This document shows positions 26,094-40,990 of a stretch of DNA of 64,000 nt, piece after piece; position 1 is the first letter of the stretch, and every line of letters starts with the position of its first letter. Source of the DNA: Octopus vulgaris (taxonomy: Eukaryota); the NCBI GenBank assembly GCA_951406725.2, contig OX597814.1, positions 27,094,001 through 27,158,000 of the forward strand, in the 5' to 3' direction. Position numbers and translations under genes: made by a program. The notes beneath the pieces were generated by a model that saw nothing but the letters and a program-made list of their open reading frames with translations, had not been told where the DNA came from and ran no database searches.

Positions 26094-27844
26094 CACTAAC
26101 AACAGAACAGGAAAAGACCTATTCCAAAATATGAAATGTATGAAGAAATTTTAAAGAGTAGAGGTCATTGAAGATTAAAATAGAAGAGCATTTGGCAGAA
26201 ATTCAATGGTGTGATTTGGTAAATTCACTTAATACTATCACGTTCATACAACCTTCTACACTTGCATGAATGCACATGCACATTAGTGTCTGAATAGTCA
26301 AGTGTCTGTACAAAGTGTTCTGGTATGTGAAGCAGTAAGTAGATGTGTTTGTATGTGTGTGTGATTACATACACATGTATATGTAATGTGTGTGTGTGAG
26401 TATGTGTGTATGTTATAAATAGTCATGTATGGCTGTACACATGTGGTTTGTCAACAGTAGGTGGCCATCTTCAATGGTAAGCAGGAGACATCAATCAAAA
26501 GAAGACAAAGAAGAAGAAAATGTATAAATTTCATTATTATACACTCAAAAAAAAAAAAAACAACCAGTACAAAGGCAACTTGAAAACTGAAACAAAATCA
26601 ACACATTGCTTACACTTGAAGATGAAATTGGTTGTTATTTTCTTTCTTGACTTCCCTCTTATAATTAATTCCTTTGATGTTTATCTATTTGATTTCTATA
26701 TCTTTCTGGATTCTTTTTTTTATTTTTGGTTGTTCCCTGCATGTTTCCATGTTTAGCATAACAGTTGTCTACTCAACTATTTGAACACCTACTGATATAA
26801 CTGACCAATGGGTTTTCTTGTCTGTTCAGTGTGTATGTGTATTATTCCAAGAGAAAAAAGATTATGCCAATTCTATGTAACAAACAACTGGTATAATCTA
26901 CTCAATTGTATTGCAGCTACTCTAAATGAAAAGACACAAAAAAAAGCACTTGTGTTTCTCTTGAAGACGAAAGGACAATAATAATAAAAAGAAATAACGA
27001 TGATGATTACTCATAATGCAATGGGTAACACTATCCTTTTCTTGTGTACAAAAGAAAGATAAAAGAATAAACTCCTTCCCAATGGTTGTGCCCTAATTCA
27101 TGGGTTGTGATTTTCATTGCAGTATGAAGGAAAGAATTTAATTTGCAAACAAAAGCAAAAAATAAAAAAAATGAAAAATAAATAAAACAAAAAGAACAAT
27201 AAATAGACCAACTGAATAATGCCATAATATAAACATGCAAGTTTTGAAAAATGGAATAATAGCCATGTTTGTAAATTGTAAACAGAAATAATAATAAAAT
27301 GTAATGTGAGAGAAGAGAGAAAAGAAAACAATATGTTATGCTTGACTTTTTTAATCACTTTTTGTGTTTTTCAGTTCAAAACATTCTAACCTGAAAAATG
27401 AATTAAAAAAATATCAAAAAAAAGACCAACTATAACATTTAATGAAAGAAAAAAAGGATGACATATTCCCGTGGGACCTAAATATTTTAATTACCGATCT
27501 AAAGTTAACCCCAATATAACCTTGATAATTTAATCATAGGGCTAAAGTTTAGAAGCCAAGCATTTTCAAAGCCTACATGGAGAAAAATAGATACTGCAAA
27601 ATACAAACTCAATTGTTTGGTCACAGTTATTATCTCAATAAAATATAAGTGCAATATGTGCTTGATTAGCATTGAAAGAAAAGTGCAAAACTCTGCAACA
27701 AGCTTCAAAACAAATGAAAACGTTCATTTTCTGTTCTCTGGTTGTGCTCAATTATTATACCACAAACAAGAATTTTTATTTAGCAAATTAAGAGAAAGTT
27801 ATATTAATAGTTTGGATTTCAGATGGAATTCACAATTTTATACG

Positions 27845-28212
<368 letters not shown>

Positions 28213-28337
28213 TTTTTTAATAATTCAACTGCTGAAACAACAATTTTCGAACAATTTTGTTTTATAGAAATGAAAATTAGCTAGAAAAAAAAAACCTAAT
28301 AGTGTGTTCTACTTTTAAGCATCATAATGTAGAACTC

Positions 28338-28462
28338 AAAAATAGTTTGAATCTTTTATGGCAATGAAGAAATAACATAGAATTGTTGAATAAATAAAAA
28401 AATAGTTTGAATCTTTTATGGCAATGAAGAAATAACATAGAATTGTTGAATAAATAAAAAAA
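28338..28462 (+). repeat. Perfect 60-bp tandem duplication
   Basis: 'aatagtttgaatcttttatggcaatgaagaaataacatagaattgttgaataaataaaaa' occurs at 28341 and 28401. Confidence 0.95.
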
Positions 28463-28805
28463 AATAACTATTTATTTTGATGGATTGACCAACTAAAAGA
28501 TCCTATTTCAAAATTTTGTTGAAGAACACATACAAAATGTAAACTGACAACTTTAGAAATTGTAAGAGAAAATGAGATTAGTTGGAAAGTAATGAAAATT
28601 ATATTAGAAATTCTTTAAAATGTATAATACAAATTAGATAAAGAAGAATAAAAATTAGATTAACTGGGTATAATTTCACAAGTTATCTTCAAAATTTAAG
28701 ATATTAAGCTTCTGATAAAACAAGCTTGGTAAGTGGCATCTAAAATTCTATAGATTTTACTTTTCAATTCTTTTTCTATATTTTTTTTCTGGGGAGGGTA
28801 TCCTG

Positions 28806-28842
<37 letters not shown>

Positions 28843-29390
28843 ATTTTGTAAATTAAATGAGAGTAAAAGCAAAACTATCAATGAATATTTTCTAGCATAT
28901 ATATCAAAAATTATCAAAACTAGAAAGCTTTGCTCAACTGCTGAATATACCAAATATATAAGCAAAAAACTGGATTTTTTTATAAACATGCCTTGCTTAA
29001 ATTTAGCCTTGATTATTAATATTTCAAAAGAAACAAAGCAAAATTTGAAAACAAAAATAATAGACCAGCATAAATAATTGGGATTACTATCATGCATTTC
29101 CCAAGTTTGAATACTTTGTTTCTTTAAAATAACTCTTAATTGAATATACAAATAAATAGAGTTCATCTAATAATTGCAAAGCTGTAATTAAGCTTAGAGC
29201 TTGTTTGTTAGTTACATACCAAAAGCAAAATTGGAAATAATTGAAAATTCATAACAAATTTATCTTTCAAGGCAAAGTTGTTTAGGGAAAAGACTTTTAA
29301 AAAATTAAAAATCAATTGGCAAGAATAAATAAATTTGTCAGTTACTAATTTTTTTTTTTGTATCTTATTATTCTGAAAATTAAAGATTAG

Positions 29391-29391
<1 letters not shown>

Positions 29392-29463
<72 letters not shown>

Positions 29464-29476
29464 CATACATATATAT

Positions 29477-29520
<44 letters not shown>

Positions 29521-29652
29521 TATATATATATATATATACATACATATATATATATACGTACATATACATATATACATACATACATATATATATATACATA
29601 TATATGTATGTATGTATGTATGTGCATATATATATATGTGTATGTATGTATT

Positions 29653-29685
<33 letters not shown>

Positions 29686-29910
29686 TATATATATTATATA
29701 TATGTATGTATATATGTATGTATATGCACACAATGTATTTATGTGTATATACATGTGTGTGTATACATTTCTTTGTGCATGTATATATGTATATTTCTAT
29801 ATAATGATATATATATGTATATGTACACACAAATATATGCACATATATATACATATATATGCATTTTATGTATGTGTGTGTTGGTGTATATATATAATAT
29901 ACACATACCA
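29392..29910. repeat. Compound (TA)/(TACA)/(TATG) microsatellite
   Basis: Directly visible. Confidence 0.95.
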
Positions 29911-32407
29911 AATATTCATCGCGTATTGCAAATATATTATTACTCTTATTTACAAGCACACATTTAGCCTCCTATGAAACTTAGCACATTTATAAAATTG
30001 CAATATAAACTATGATTTTGCCAGTTGCTGTAATTTTTTCTTATTTTTCATTTGTTCTAATCCTTTATTTGATTTGTTAGCCAATCATTATTATTATTAT
30101 TATTATCTTGTTTGCTTTTGTTCCTTTTTTATTCTCTTTTATTTTTTAATACCCTAAATTCTAAGAACATGACAGTAAAAAAAAAAGGAACAAACTTTCT
30201 ATAGAAATGGAACAATTTCTCCCAATTGCATCCATTGGTGAGTAATTTTATACTTCAATCCCTTCACTTCCAAAAAAAAGAGAAAGAAAAAAAGAAAAAC
30301 CAACAAATCATTCACTAAGCATTCCTGTTATGACGTACGTGCACAATTCTCCTCCCCATTAATAGTCTCTTTTGTATCAGTCAATCTATCTGTTATTACA
30401 CACTTCAAAACATAAGCACACACACGCACATAGACAAACAAACCAGCAAAAAAAAAGAATGATTAAAGAAGAAACAAAGAAAATCCGAAAAAAAAGTGCA
30501 AGAAATTAGTTTAAAAAATGAAATACAAAACAACAGAGTTACCAATTAAGAAAATTAGCATATTGGTCACTTTGTGATATCAGTTGGTTTATTATTTTTT
30601 AAAAAAACAAATAAAGAAAACAACAGCAACAATATAGAAGAATATTTTTTTTTAAGTTTTTATTATTTTTTTTTAATTTGTAAAAAAAGGATTTTCTGTT
30701 TCTGTGTCTTTGAATGATGTTTAGTATTCTTAACATGTTCTTTTAGAAGACTCTGGGTTTTTTTATTTGTTTTTTGTTTTGTTTTTTTAACACTTTATCA
30801 CTTCAAAAAAAATATTGGGAACCTGAGGTGAAATAAGAAGTTAGGATAAAGATATACAAATAATAATAATAATAATAATAATAATAATTAATAACAATAA
30901 TAATAATAATAATAATCATGTTTGATATAGCAAAGTAATTGTGATGACATCAAGTTCTTTCATCTCATACTTCAACAATTCTTCACTCTCTTAAAATATT
31001 CCCAGAAAGTTTTAAACTTCAAGATAAATAATAAAAAAAATAAATAGAAGAAAGAGAAAATGACCTGGTACCTAATAAAAAAAAGAGGAAAAAAGTTTTT
31101 CTGTTTCATTTTTTTCTTTTTTTTCTGCATATGCAATCCATCATTAACATAACATTATTAATTAATATTATTACTTTTTTTAACTGCTGCTAATACTTAA
31201 ATCATCAAGATTGTTATTTTTTTAATTATTTATTCTTTTATTTGTTCATTTATTTATTATTAATACTAGCATATTCTGCTGCTACTAATTCAATTTTCAA
31301 TTAATTTTTTTTTACACTTTTCCTGAATCAAGATGGAAAGACACCATTTTACAGCTTTTCAAAATTTGTCATCAATTTTTGTAATGGAAAAAAATATCTA
31401 AGAAATTTCATTCTTTCTATTTTTGTTGATTTTCTTTTGTTTTTGTTTTCACAAAATTAAAATTAAGAAAAAAAAATGGAAAATATCATGTATCATCAGA
31501 TATTTTATATTCTCTCGGCTTCCATATAAATATAAAGCTGGAATAATTTCTTTCTTAGCCAATTTCCTGTGAAAAATCCGCTGAACAGTTTGGATATGTT
31601 GCTTTTTATTTATTTTGTATTTACTTAATTCTCAATATCTTTTAGCTTTTAGGTTTTTTTTTATCATAACGATCTAATATAAACGAATTACTTGTTCTCT
31701 TTTTTACTAGTTCTGTAGTTGTTTATTACAAACAGAAAAGTACAAGAAATCCCGTAAACATATAGAAATGTCAGGAACACAAAGAATTCTTTGAGGTACA
31801 AATTTTAGAACAATATATTCAAAAGGAAAAACAGAAAAAGAAAAAGGTCTGCTTACTATTTTGAAATTAATGATTATGCTAAAAAAAAAAAGAAGCATTC
31901 AATAAGATGCTTTTTGCAAGCTTAACAAGGTCCCTTTTTGTTTGTCTGTGTAGTATAATGTCTTATACAGAGCTGACTTAATTTATTCAACAATATCATT
32001 GGTATCAGATCACTATATCATCAGACTTAGGCTCTCAACAACTGTATTATACCCAAATAGAGTATCCCTTATTTGGAGCATATTAACTTCAAGCAATATG
32101 GAACTATCATGTTGATTCATGACCATATTTATGTGATAACTTGTAACTGATACCTGCTGTATGGCATAACAAATGCAAAGGCTACTAGTCCAAAAAAATT
32201 ACTGATAAGAAAAGTGTTTATTGATATTATTACTAAAAGAATTTCTTTTATTTGCCACAAATGCCTAAATTTAGTTTTAATAGTAATTTGTATAAAAATA
32301 TTCAGTTATGCAAGTATATTACAATTATACAACTTTAAATAAATTACAACGCAGTTCTTAGCAAACAATTGATACTATATAGCAATGACGCATACTATCT
32401 TCTCTGT

Positions 32408-32587
32408 CAATTTGTCTGCAAGCAACATAGCTATTTAAAAATATGTCTAGCAATTTGTTAGCAAAGCAATTTGTCAGCAAGCAACATAGCTGTTTAAAAC
32501 ATGTGTCTAGCAATTTGTCAGCAAGCAACACAGCTATTTAAAACATGCGTCTAACAATTTTCAGCAAGCAACATAGCTGTTTAAAAT
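32408..32587 (+). repeat. Minisatellite, about 4 copies of a ~43-bp unit
   Basis: Unit approximates caatttgtcagcaagcaacatagct(a/g)tttaaaacatgtgtctag; 'gcaagcaaca' recurs at ~32417, 32477, 32521 and 32563. Confidence 0.9.
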
Positions 32588-34114
32588 GTAACATTCACAC
32601 TTTCCACTAGTTGCTCAGTTTACCAATAATCTATAATGTTGCCTCATATAAGGACAATTTGGTTCACTTCTAATCTGAAGTAATTCGAAAATTGCCTCAT
32701 CAGCAAGTTTATATACCTTCAATATAAAGAAAAGATGTATCATCATAATCATTATCATCATTTACGAGTCTCATCAAATCATATTTAAAATGAACATTAG
32801 CAAGAATTTGTTAACTAGAATTTAAATCACACCATTTAAAATGTTGAGCTCATTTTAATTCTTTTTTAGTTTAACTTCTTTGTTTCTTTAATTTATCTTT
32901 CAGATAATTGCTATTTTCCAACAATTTCATTCATTTATTTAAAATTTGTTTTCAAATTCTTTAATTTTTTTTCTTTTTACTTAATAAAAATATATGGCTT
33001 TCATTTTTTAAAGCCATTTTGTCTGGAGCAGGTGACTAAATGTCAAAGAAAAGCTATTTTAGAAGTGACTCTAAAATAACTGAACTGTTCAGACCTTATT
33101 TACTCTCACATTCCCATCATATTGGTTGTGCTAGTAGAAAAGAAAAGAAAAAGCTTCGTATTTTGCATATATAATCAAATGTATAGATTCTTTACAGTTT
33201 TCTAAAGAAAAATTCTCCCATTTTTTCCTTCTTTTCTTCAAATTATTCCTTCCCCTTCCCACCCCCTCATATTTGTGTCTACATTAGTAATTCTAAACCT
33301 CCATGTTGTATCTCTGATTTCAGTTAACACACTGGCAAATAGATGTTTCTGGGGGTGTGGGGTATTTCAATCAATCAGCTTTTGACTTTCATTCATCTAT
33401 TTTTCTTTCCAATCCATCATTTTATATTTTCTTTTGTCCATTATTAAATTTTTTTTTCTCAACCACCATCTGTGTTATATGTAAAGGACTAATTTTTGTC
33501 CAGTCACATGCGGGTGTTTAGAACATATTCAGATATCCACTGTTTTAGAAAAGAACCATCGACATTTATTTTGGATGTTTTTGTTTTTTGGTGGGGGGTA
33601 GGGTTATATTTTATTTCATCACTAAGGACTCACATTTTTTATGTGTAAAGCAGTCAGACATTAACAATATTGATAGATAAATTCTGATTCCGATCTAAAT
33701 TGTCTCTAATTGAAAATTGCAAAAACAAAAACAAACAAAAAATAGAAAACTACATTGGAATTTGATGGAAAAATATTTGAAAATTATTTAGGAAATGTTA
33801 TCTATTAGTGATATTTCCTGGTTGATAAGAACAATAACAATTTAGGAATTACCAACATGAATAACTAAGGAATTACTATTTTCAAGAATTCCTCTGCTAA
33901 TATTAAACTAGTTTTTTACAATATAACATTTTACTTCAATACATGATAGACCAAAAATATGACCAATATAACTTGGTATGATCGAAAACAATGCATAAAA
34001 TAGATAAGAATTAATGACAATAACAGCAGTAACTAAATTAGTAACCAAATGATAATGAATTAATAGGGTAAGTAAATAGCAAGTAGAAGCAAAAACTATA
34101 ATCACTATCTTAAG

Positions 34115-34160
<46 letters not shown>

Positions 34161-36612
34161 CAAGTAGATGCAATTATTCCAATAAATTGCTATTGATATA
34201 TTCTTAAAAAGAACTATAGAATTTCTTCATTTTACTATTCGAAAAGTAACTCATTCAAATGTTGTTAAAGAGAGAGAGAGAAAGAGAATGAGTGTATGTG
34301 AGAGAGAAAGAGAGAGAGATGGAGAGTGAGAGAGGCGAGAGGAATGTGAGAGAAAGAGAAAAGAAGAGAGAGAAAGAAAGAAATGCAACTAAATAAACTT
34401 CAAAGCAACTTTTTTGTTAATGTTTTTATTTTTACTTACAGAAGAAACAAAGGAAAAAGTCTAAAAACTCAAACTTAAAACTTCCTCTTTGAACTTCAAA
34501 AGTGATTTTATATTGTATTATCGAATCTCAGGGAAAAAAAAACTCATGTTTTTTTTACTTTTTTTTTTTAAATATTTTTTTTCTTTTTCGATATTTTTTT
34601 ATTGACATATATTTGTTGTTATTTTTTTTTAATTCCACTCCCACTCACTTTATCCCTGTGTGAATTTTCATATTTTGTGAATTTCTTGGTCACAGCCAGT
34701 TGACGACTCCCAAGTTTGTCAATTGTTTTCTGATCCCTAAAGCTAAGCACCATCATTTAATCAGGCTAGTAGTATTTAGATGAGGGGATTATCCATGAAA
34801 CTCACCTGCATACTGAACCAGGTGCTATTAAGCTACGAATCCATGTTTTACTCATTCAGGAGAGAGTGAAGTTGATTCTTGTGAATAAAAGAATGGGCAT
34901 GGGAACTACTGGTCCCTATCATTTCTCTTTTTATTTTTTGTTTTGTTTTGTTTTGTTTTGTTTGTTTCTTTTTGTTTGTTTTTTTCTAAGCCCTAATAAC
35001 AGAAACCTTGGTAATACATTTTATTTTACCAAAGTCCTCGGCTCCAACTGGAGTTTATGAACAGAAAGAGTAAGAAGAAAGAGAGAGCAAAAAAGATAAT
35101 AGATGAATTTCTTTCATGAAATTCTCATTGACAAGTTGTATATTGAAAATGTATATTTGTACTTTAGTTTTAGTAAATAGTGCTTGGAAACTGAATTATG
35201 TATGTGTCGAAGTAGACGATATGAAAATGCCTAGTTATATGTCTGTACATATGCAATGCATACCAAATGCACAGCTGTCTTATATGCAAATGGAACTAGT
35301 TTCTAGATGGTATTGTTAGTCAATCTCTGATTATGATAGATAATCAGCAAAGAACTACTGCCTTACCAAGACTTGTATAAAGCTGATGAAACTTTGAATG
35401 ATTCTTTCAATAAAAAAATACCAAATCATAAAATGAAGTTTCTCTTTCAAAAAAAATTATTAAAAATAATTTTAAAAATACATAATAAAAAGGGAGGATA
35501 TGATAATTAAAGAAATCTTTATTTCATTCTTTCCATTTTATAACCCATCCCAATTTACATTTTTTTTAAAAATCCCCTTGCCTATTAAAGAACAATAATT
35601 CTCATCACCGAAACATTTTTTAAAAAAATATAAAAATAATCATTTCATTCCTTTTTTTTTCATTAAAACTAAAAAAAAAATCTATTTGTTTTGATCTTCA
35701 TTTTTTTTTCTTTGTTCTTATAAATATTTCAGAAACAAAAAAAAAAGAAAAGGAGAAAAGTCAGATGAAATATGAAATCAAAAGCAGAAAAACATCTATG
35801 TTTTAATATAAATCTATTATACTTATATCAATGGTAATAATATCGACAATTATAATATGTGATGATTTCGTCAAAAATCCATGATCTAAAAAAATTGATT
35901 AAAACAATTAAATAATTTTGTCTTTAAAAAACTACATTTTTTTCTGCCAGTGTGTTAGCAAAATCTATTGATACTCTTTGGGGAGAATGGGGCAAGCAGG
36001 GGAGATATTTTTGTCATCTTTATGTTATTGTTGTTGTTGCTGCTATTATTGGTGTGATGTCATTGTTGTTGCTGCTGCTCTTTTCATTATGTTAAGATTA
36101 CATATAGGTACTGATACATTCTTTTATTTCTAAACTTTTTTTACTTTTGTTTTACTTGGAAGAAGTAGAATCTAATTTTTTTAATGTCTAAATTAAATCT
36201 TCTTGCATTATGGAAACCTTTGTGGGGAAAAGATTTCCTGACTTCAGAAGAAAGAAAGAAAAAAATAAGGAAATATCATTAGTCTTTTAATGATCTTCAA
36301 TAATTTGCTTTGTTTAGATTCTCAATCCCATCTGCCTGCCTCCCACAATATTTTTTTCTCCTCATACAAAAAAAAAAACAAAACAAACTATGTATATTAT
36401 TTATGTGTTGACAAATTTCACATTCTAAACAGTTTGTACTAATATTTGATAAGCTAAATTATACCTTTTAGAGTAACATTCATAGATTAACTGGATATCT
36501 TATGGAATACATATATACCTCAAATACAATATGAATATATCAGATACTGTTATGTGGTGTACATATATGTATACATACATACATGCATACATACATACAT
36601 GCATGCACACAC

Positions 36613-36651
<39 letters not shown>

Positions 36652-39600
36652 TACACACGTACATATATATGGTAAATTACAGATTTCAAATTAAGGTACA
36701 TGGTTAAAGCAAGTGGATACCTATTAGAATTCAGAAACACTTCAAAGTCTATGGGAATATGCAAGATAACTTATATTATGAACAAAATAGATTCAGTGAT
36801 ATCTATCTTAATGCATTACAAATACCTTTGTGTGACATGAATAAATCAAACAATATATTTGCATGCACACACTCATATGTGTGTGTATAAATGTATGCAT
36901 ATAGAAGCAGTACCATAACCAATGAGGGTTATCTGAGGTGTGGTTAGTGCTTTGCATATATATATATATAATTCACATTCCTAGATATATCAGATAGTAC
37001 TTTGAGTGGTAAAATTCAATAATTTAGCTTATATCATTTCCTTATTTGAAAACAATTTTTTTATTGTAATCAGTATACTAATTAATATTAAAACAATAAC
37101 ATAGATTTTTTTAAATGTTAAAGGATTTTTCTTTTGTATATAATTTCTTAATCCTTCCCCTCCCCACCCCCACCCCAATTGCTTGTAAATTTTTCTGCTT
37201 TGAAGATTACTTCTTTATGTAACATTCTTTCTTCAACTCTAACAACATCCAATAATTTACTTGCTACATCTAAAGCAGCCACTTTAAAAGACTGCTTTTA
37301 AAAAAGTAACGAAGCTCTATTTCCTGATCTGGTTCCCTCAGAAGTGATATTTTTTACAGAAAGGAAATATCTGGTTTATAAACCAGCAAAAAAAAAAAAA
37401 AATTCATCTGCTAATTTTCTCAATAGAGCAAGTGTACCTACCATGTAATTTGTCTTACCCTACTTTGTGGTGGTGAAGGAGGTGCTTTTTATCCGGCTGT
37501 GGTTGGCCAGAAAATAACTATCTGCAGGATAAATTGAAGGACTTGGTTTCAAAACGATGGATAAGGTTTGATATTCTTATTTTAAACTCTTTTTTTTTTC
37601 CTTCCTTTTTCTCACATCATGCATCTGTTGATATGAATTTAATCTGAAGCAGCTTGAAACATATGAAAATGGAACTTTATATATATATAACCCTATTTCT
37701 CTAATAATTAAATTGTCTATGTTATTTAGTGTTGCAGTTAGTAAGAAATTGATTTTAAACCATCAAATGTTAATTAGAATATCTTAATGTAATTAATTTT
37801 GCAACGGAAATTTATATATAATAATATATGATATGGAAATAAAAAATGATTTAAATGAACAATTAATGATTAGGTAAAATATCAACAACAATATTTAATA
37901 AATCAAAATATCTTAAACAATTGAAAGAAGATTTATTTGAAGTCCCAGTTCTTAACTATGGCATTATGCAACAAAGTTATTCAATTTGATTATAACCATA
38001 ATTGTGCAGCTTACAGATCTACAGAATGAAGTAGATTTGTTGGTAGTTTTTTTTTAATATCTGATGCATAGATTCAACAGATAATACAGGAAAAAAAATA
38101 TGATAAAATTACCTAGTTAAGAGAACCATTCAGCAGGAACCTCACAAGAGTCAAAAGCCTCTGTATGTCTATTCATTTCTTTGCGTGTATGTATATGTAT
38201 GTATATATATATATGTGTGCACATGCAAGTGTGTATATCACAGTATTGAAAGAAAGTATGCAAAACTTATGTATCTATGAAGAACATCCTGTAATATAGC
38301 TAATTTTTTCTACTTCTTAATCATCTTTACATTTTTTTTCTTTGCTGCTTTCATCATATTATTATTGCAGCAACATAAAACCTTCATCATGAGAGATGAC
38401 ATCAGTGTTGAGGACCAAATTGTTTCCTTTGTCATTGATAATTGCAAAATTAAAAGTAAATAAATTACTAAAAATGACATTAGAAATCTATTTAATAAGT
38501 AATTAACATAAACAAAACTAGAAAGCATTAACTGACAATAGAAATATTTACAGGAACCACAGATGACTTGCATGAAGTGGTTTTCATTACAATAGGGATG
38601 CGACAAGCAAATCAATGCATCAACCAAATAATACAAAACCAGGCCTTTAAGAGCAATCTTAAGGTCATAGGAGAGCATCTAGAAAGACTGCATATAAAAA
38701 TGCTATCTATCAGTTTTAAACCTAGGTTAATATAAATGAGAATGCTCAATATATGCTTATGAAACTGAGAAATTTTTCACACTTAGATAGTTAATACTCA
38801 AGGTTTCACAATTAGACAATTAATACTCAAGATCTAGTAGTGCTGGTGCAGAAATGTCATTAAACTAAGGAACAATCTTCAGTGTTTGATGCAAATGATT
38901 TCATCACAATCTATGAGTAATCTTTATAGTCGCTAAACATAAGAAAGAATATCTTCAGAGATATGATTCAATTGTTTGTTTGTTTTTTTGTTCTTTTTTT
39001 TTTCATATTTCTTTTTGATATTTTAGGTTGTGGATTCTGTATATCATATAGAATATTAATATGTGGATTAGAATATTAAATTATTCTCTTTAATTATGAA
39101 AGCTGTATTATGAATACCATGTATGTGAGAGAGAGAAAATAAATTTGAGCTCAATCAAACCACATTTAAAGTTACACTTGCACTCACACACACACACACA
39201 CACACACACATTTAACATCTTGCAAATATAAGAAAAATATATCTTCATATAAAATGTAGCAATGTGCTCTATGAAGATGAATAAATGTGGTTCAGAGTGA
39301 TAATATAAATGTAATATTGAAGGATAGCCTAGGTGATAAGAGACGACAAGAAAATAAAGACAACCACATATATACTGAAATAAAAATTTACATACATAAT
39401 GCATATTTTTCCAGACATGACAACATGTTCCTGGAGGCCACATACTAATAAAGATATATGCTTATGAATCTTATTGTCAAATGGCAGAAACATTCATTTG
39501 AGAGAAGGGAAACAAAATATCTAAAAACAAAACAGTAAAATTACATAAATAGTCATTCACAAAGAAGTCACACAAGCTTATATTTCTATGCATGTGCATC

Positions 39601-39654
39601 CTCAAGAAATGAGATGTCGTGTCCAAGGAAAATATATGGCATGTGTGCTTAGGT

Positions 39655-40230
<576 letters not shown>

Positions 40231-40849
40231 TCAGCATAACAGTTAATATGTGGCTATGTGGGGAAACAATTAATCTTCAGAGTATATGTATACCAATACA
40301 AACAGCAAGATACAAGGTATGTTTGTGTGCTTCGAGTCTAGCTCCCAAAGGTACTTTTACTTCAATTGTATAACTTGTAGTAGAAATATTAGTAAGTATT
40401 ATTACAATATTTGAAATTAATTTAATTTCATTCTATATTAAGAATGCCAAAATGTATTAAATATGGTACAACCATTGCATAAAATATTAATATTTAATTT
40501 GTACAAAGAACTAAAGAATGTAAAAAGTAACAACAAACGTTAATTTTTTTTTACATTCTTATTTCTTGGTTACATTTTAAATGTTACCACTTTATACAAT
40601 GTCTTTACTACAACCACTTGGATATATTTTCAATGTTGTTAATACTCAGTGATATTATAATAATTATTAATATAATGATATTTATTATTATTATTGTTAT
40701 TATTATTATTACACCTGCTACTACTGCTATGTTTACAATGGGAGAGAAATTACTTCAGGATCGTGGACTCCAAGCTTACAGATATAGTTTAGCAACCTTC
40801 AACAAGATACTAAACTTCACTTGTTTAAAAGTTAATGCCACATGAAAAA

Positions 40850-40990
40850 GTTATTAATTATCATTATTACTATTATTATTACTATTATTATCATTATTAT
40901 TATTATTACTACTACTACTATTATTATATCATCATCATCATCATTATTATTATTATCATTATCATCATCATTATCACCATCATCATTACC
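40850..40990. repeat. (ATT)/(ATC)/(ACT) trinucleotide low-complexity tract
   Basis: Directly visible. Confidence 0.9.

Noticed and set aside
37459-37521. Minus-strand 63-nt segment with good acceptor (cctgcag) and donor (gtaaga)
   Set aside because: It has stop codons in all three frames and no partner exons; at most a non-coding exon.
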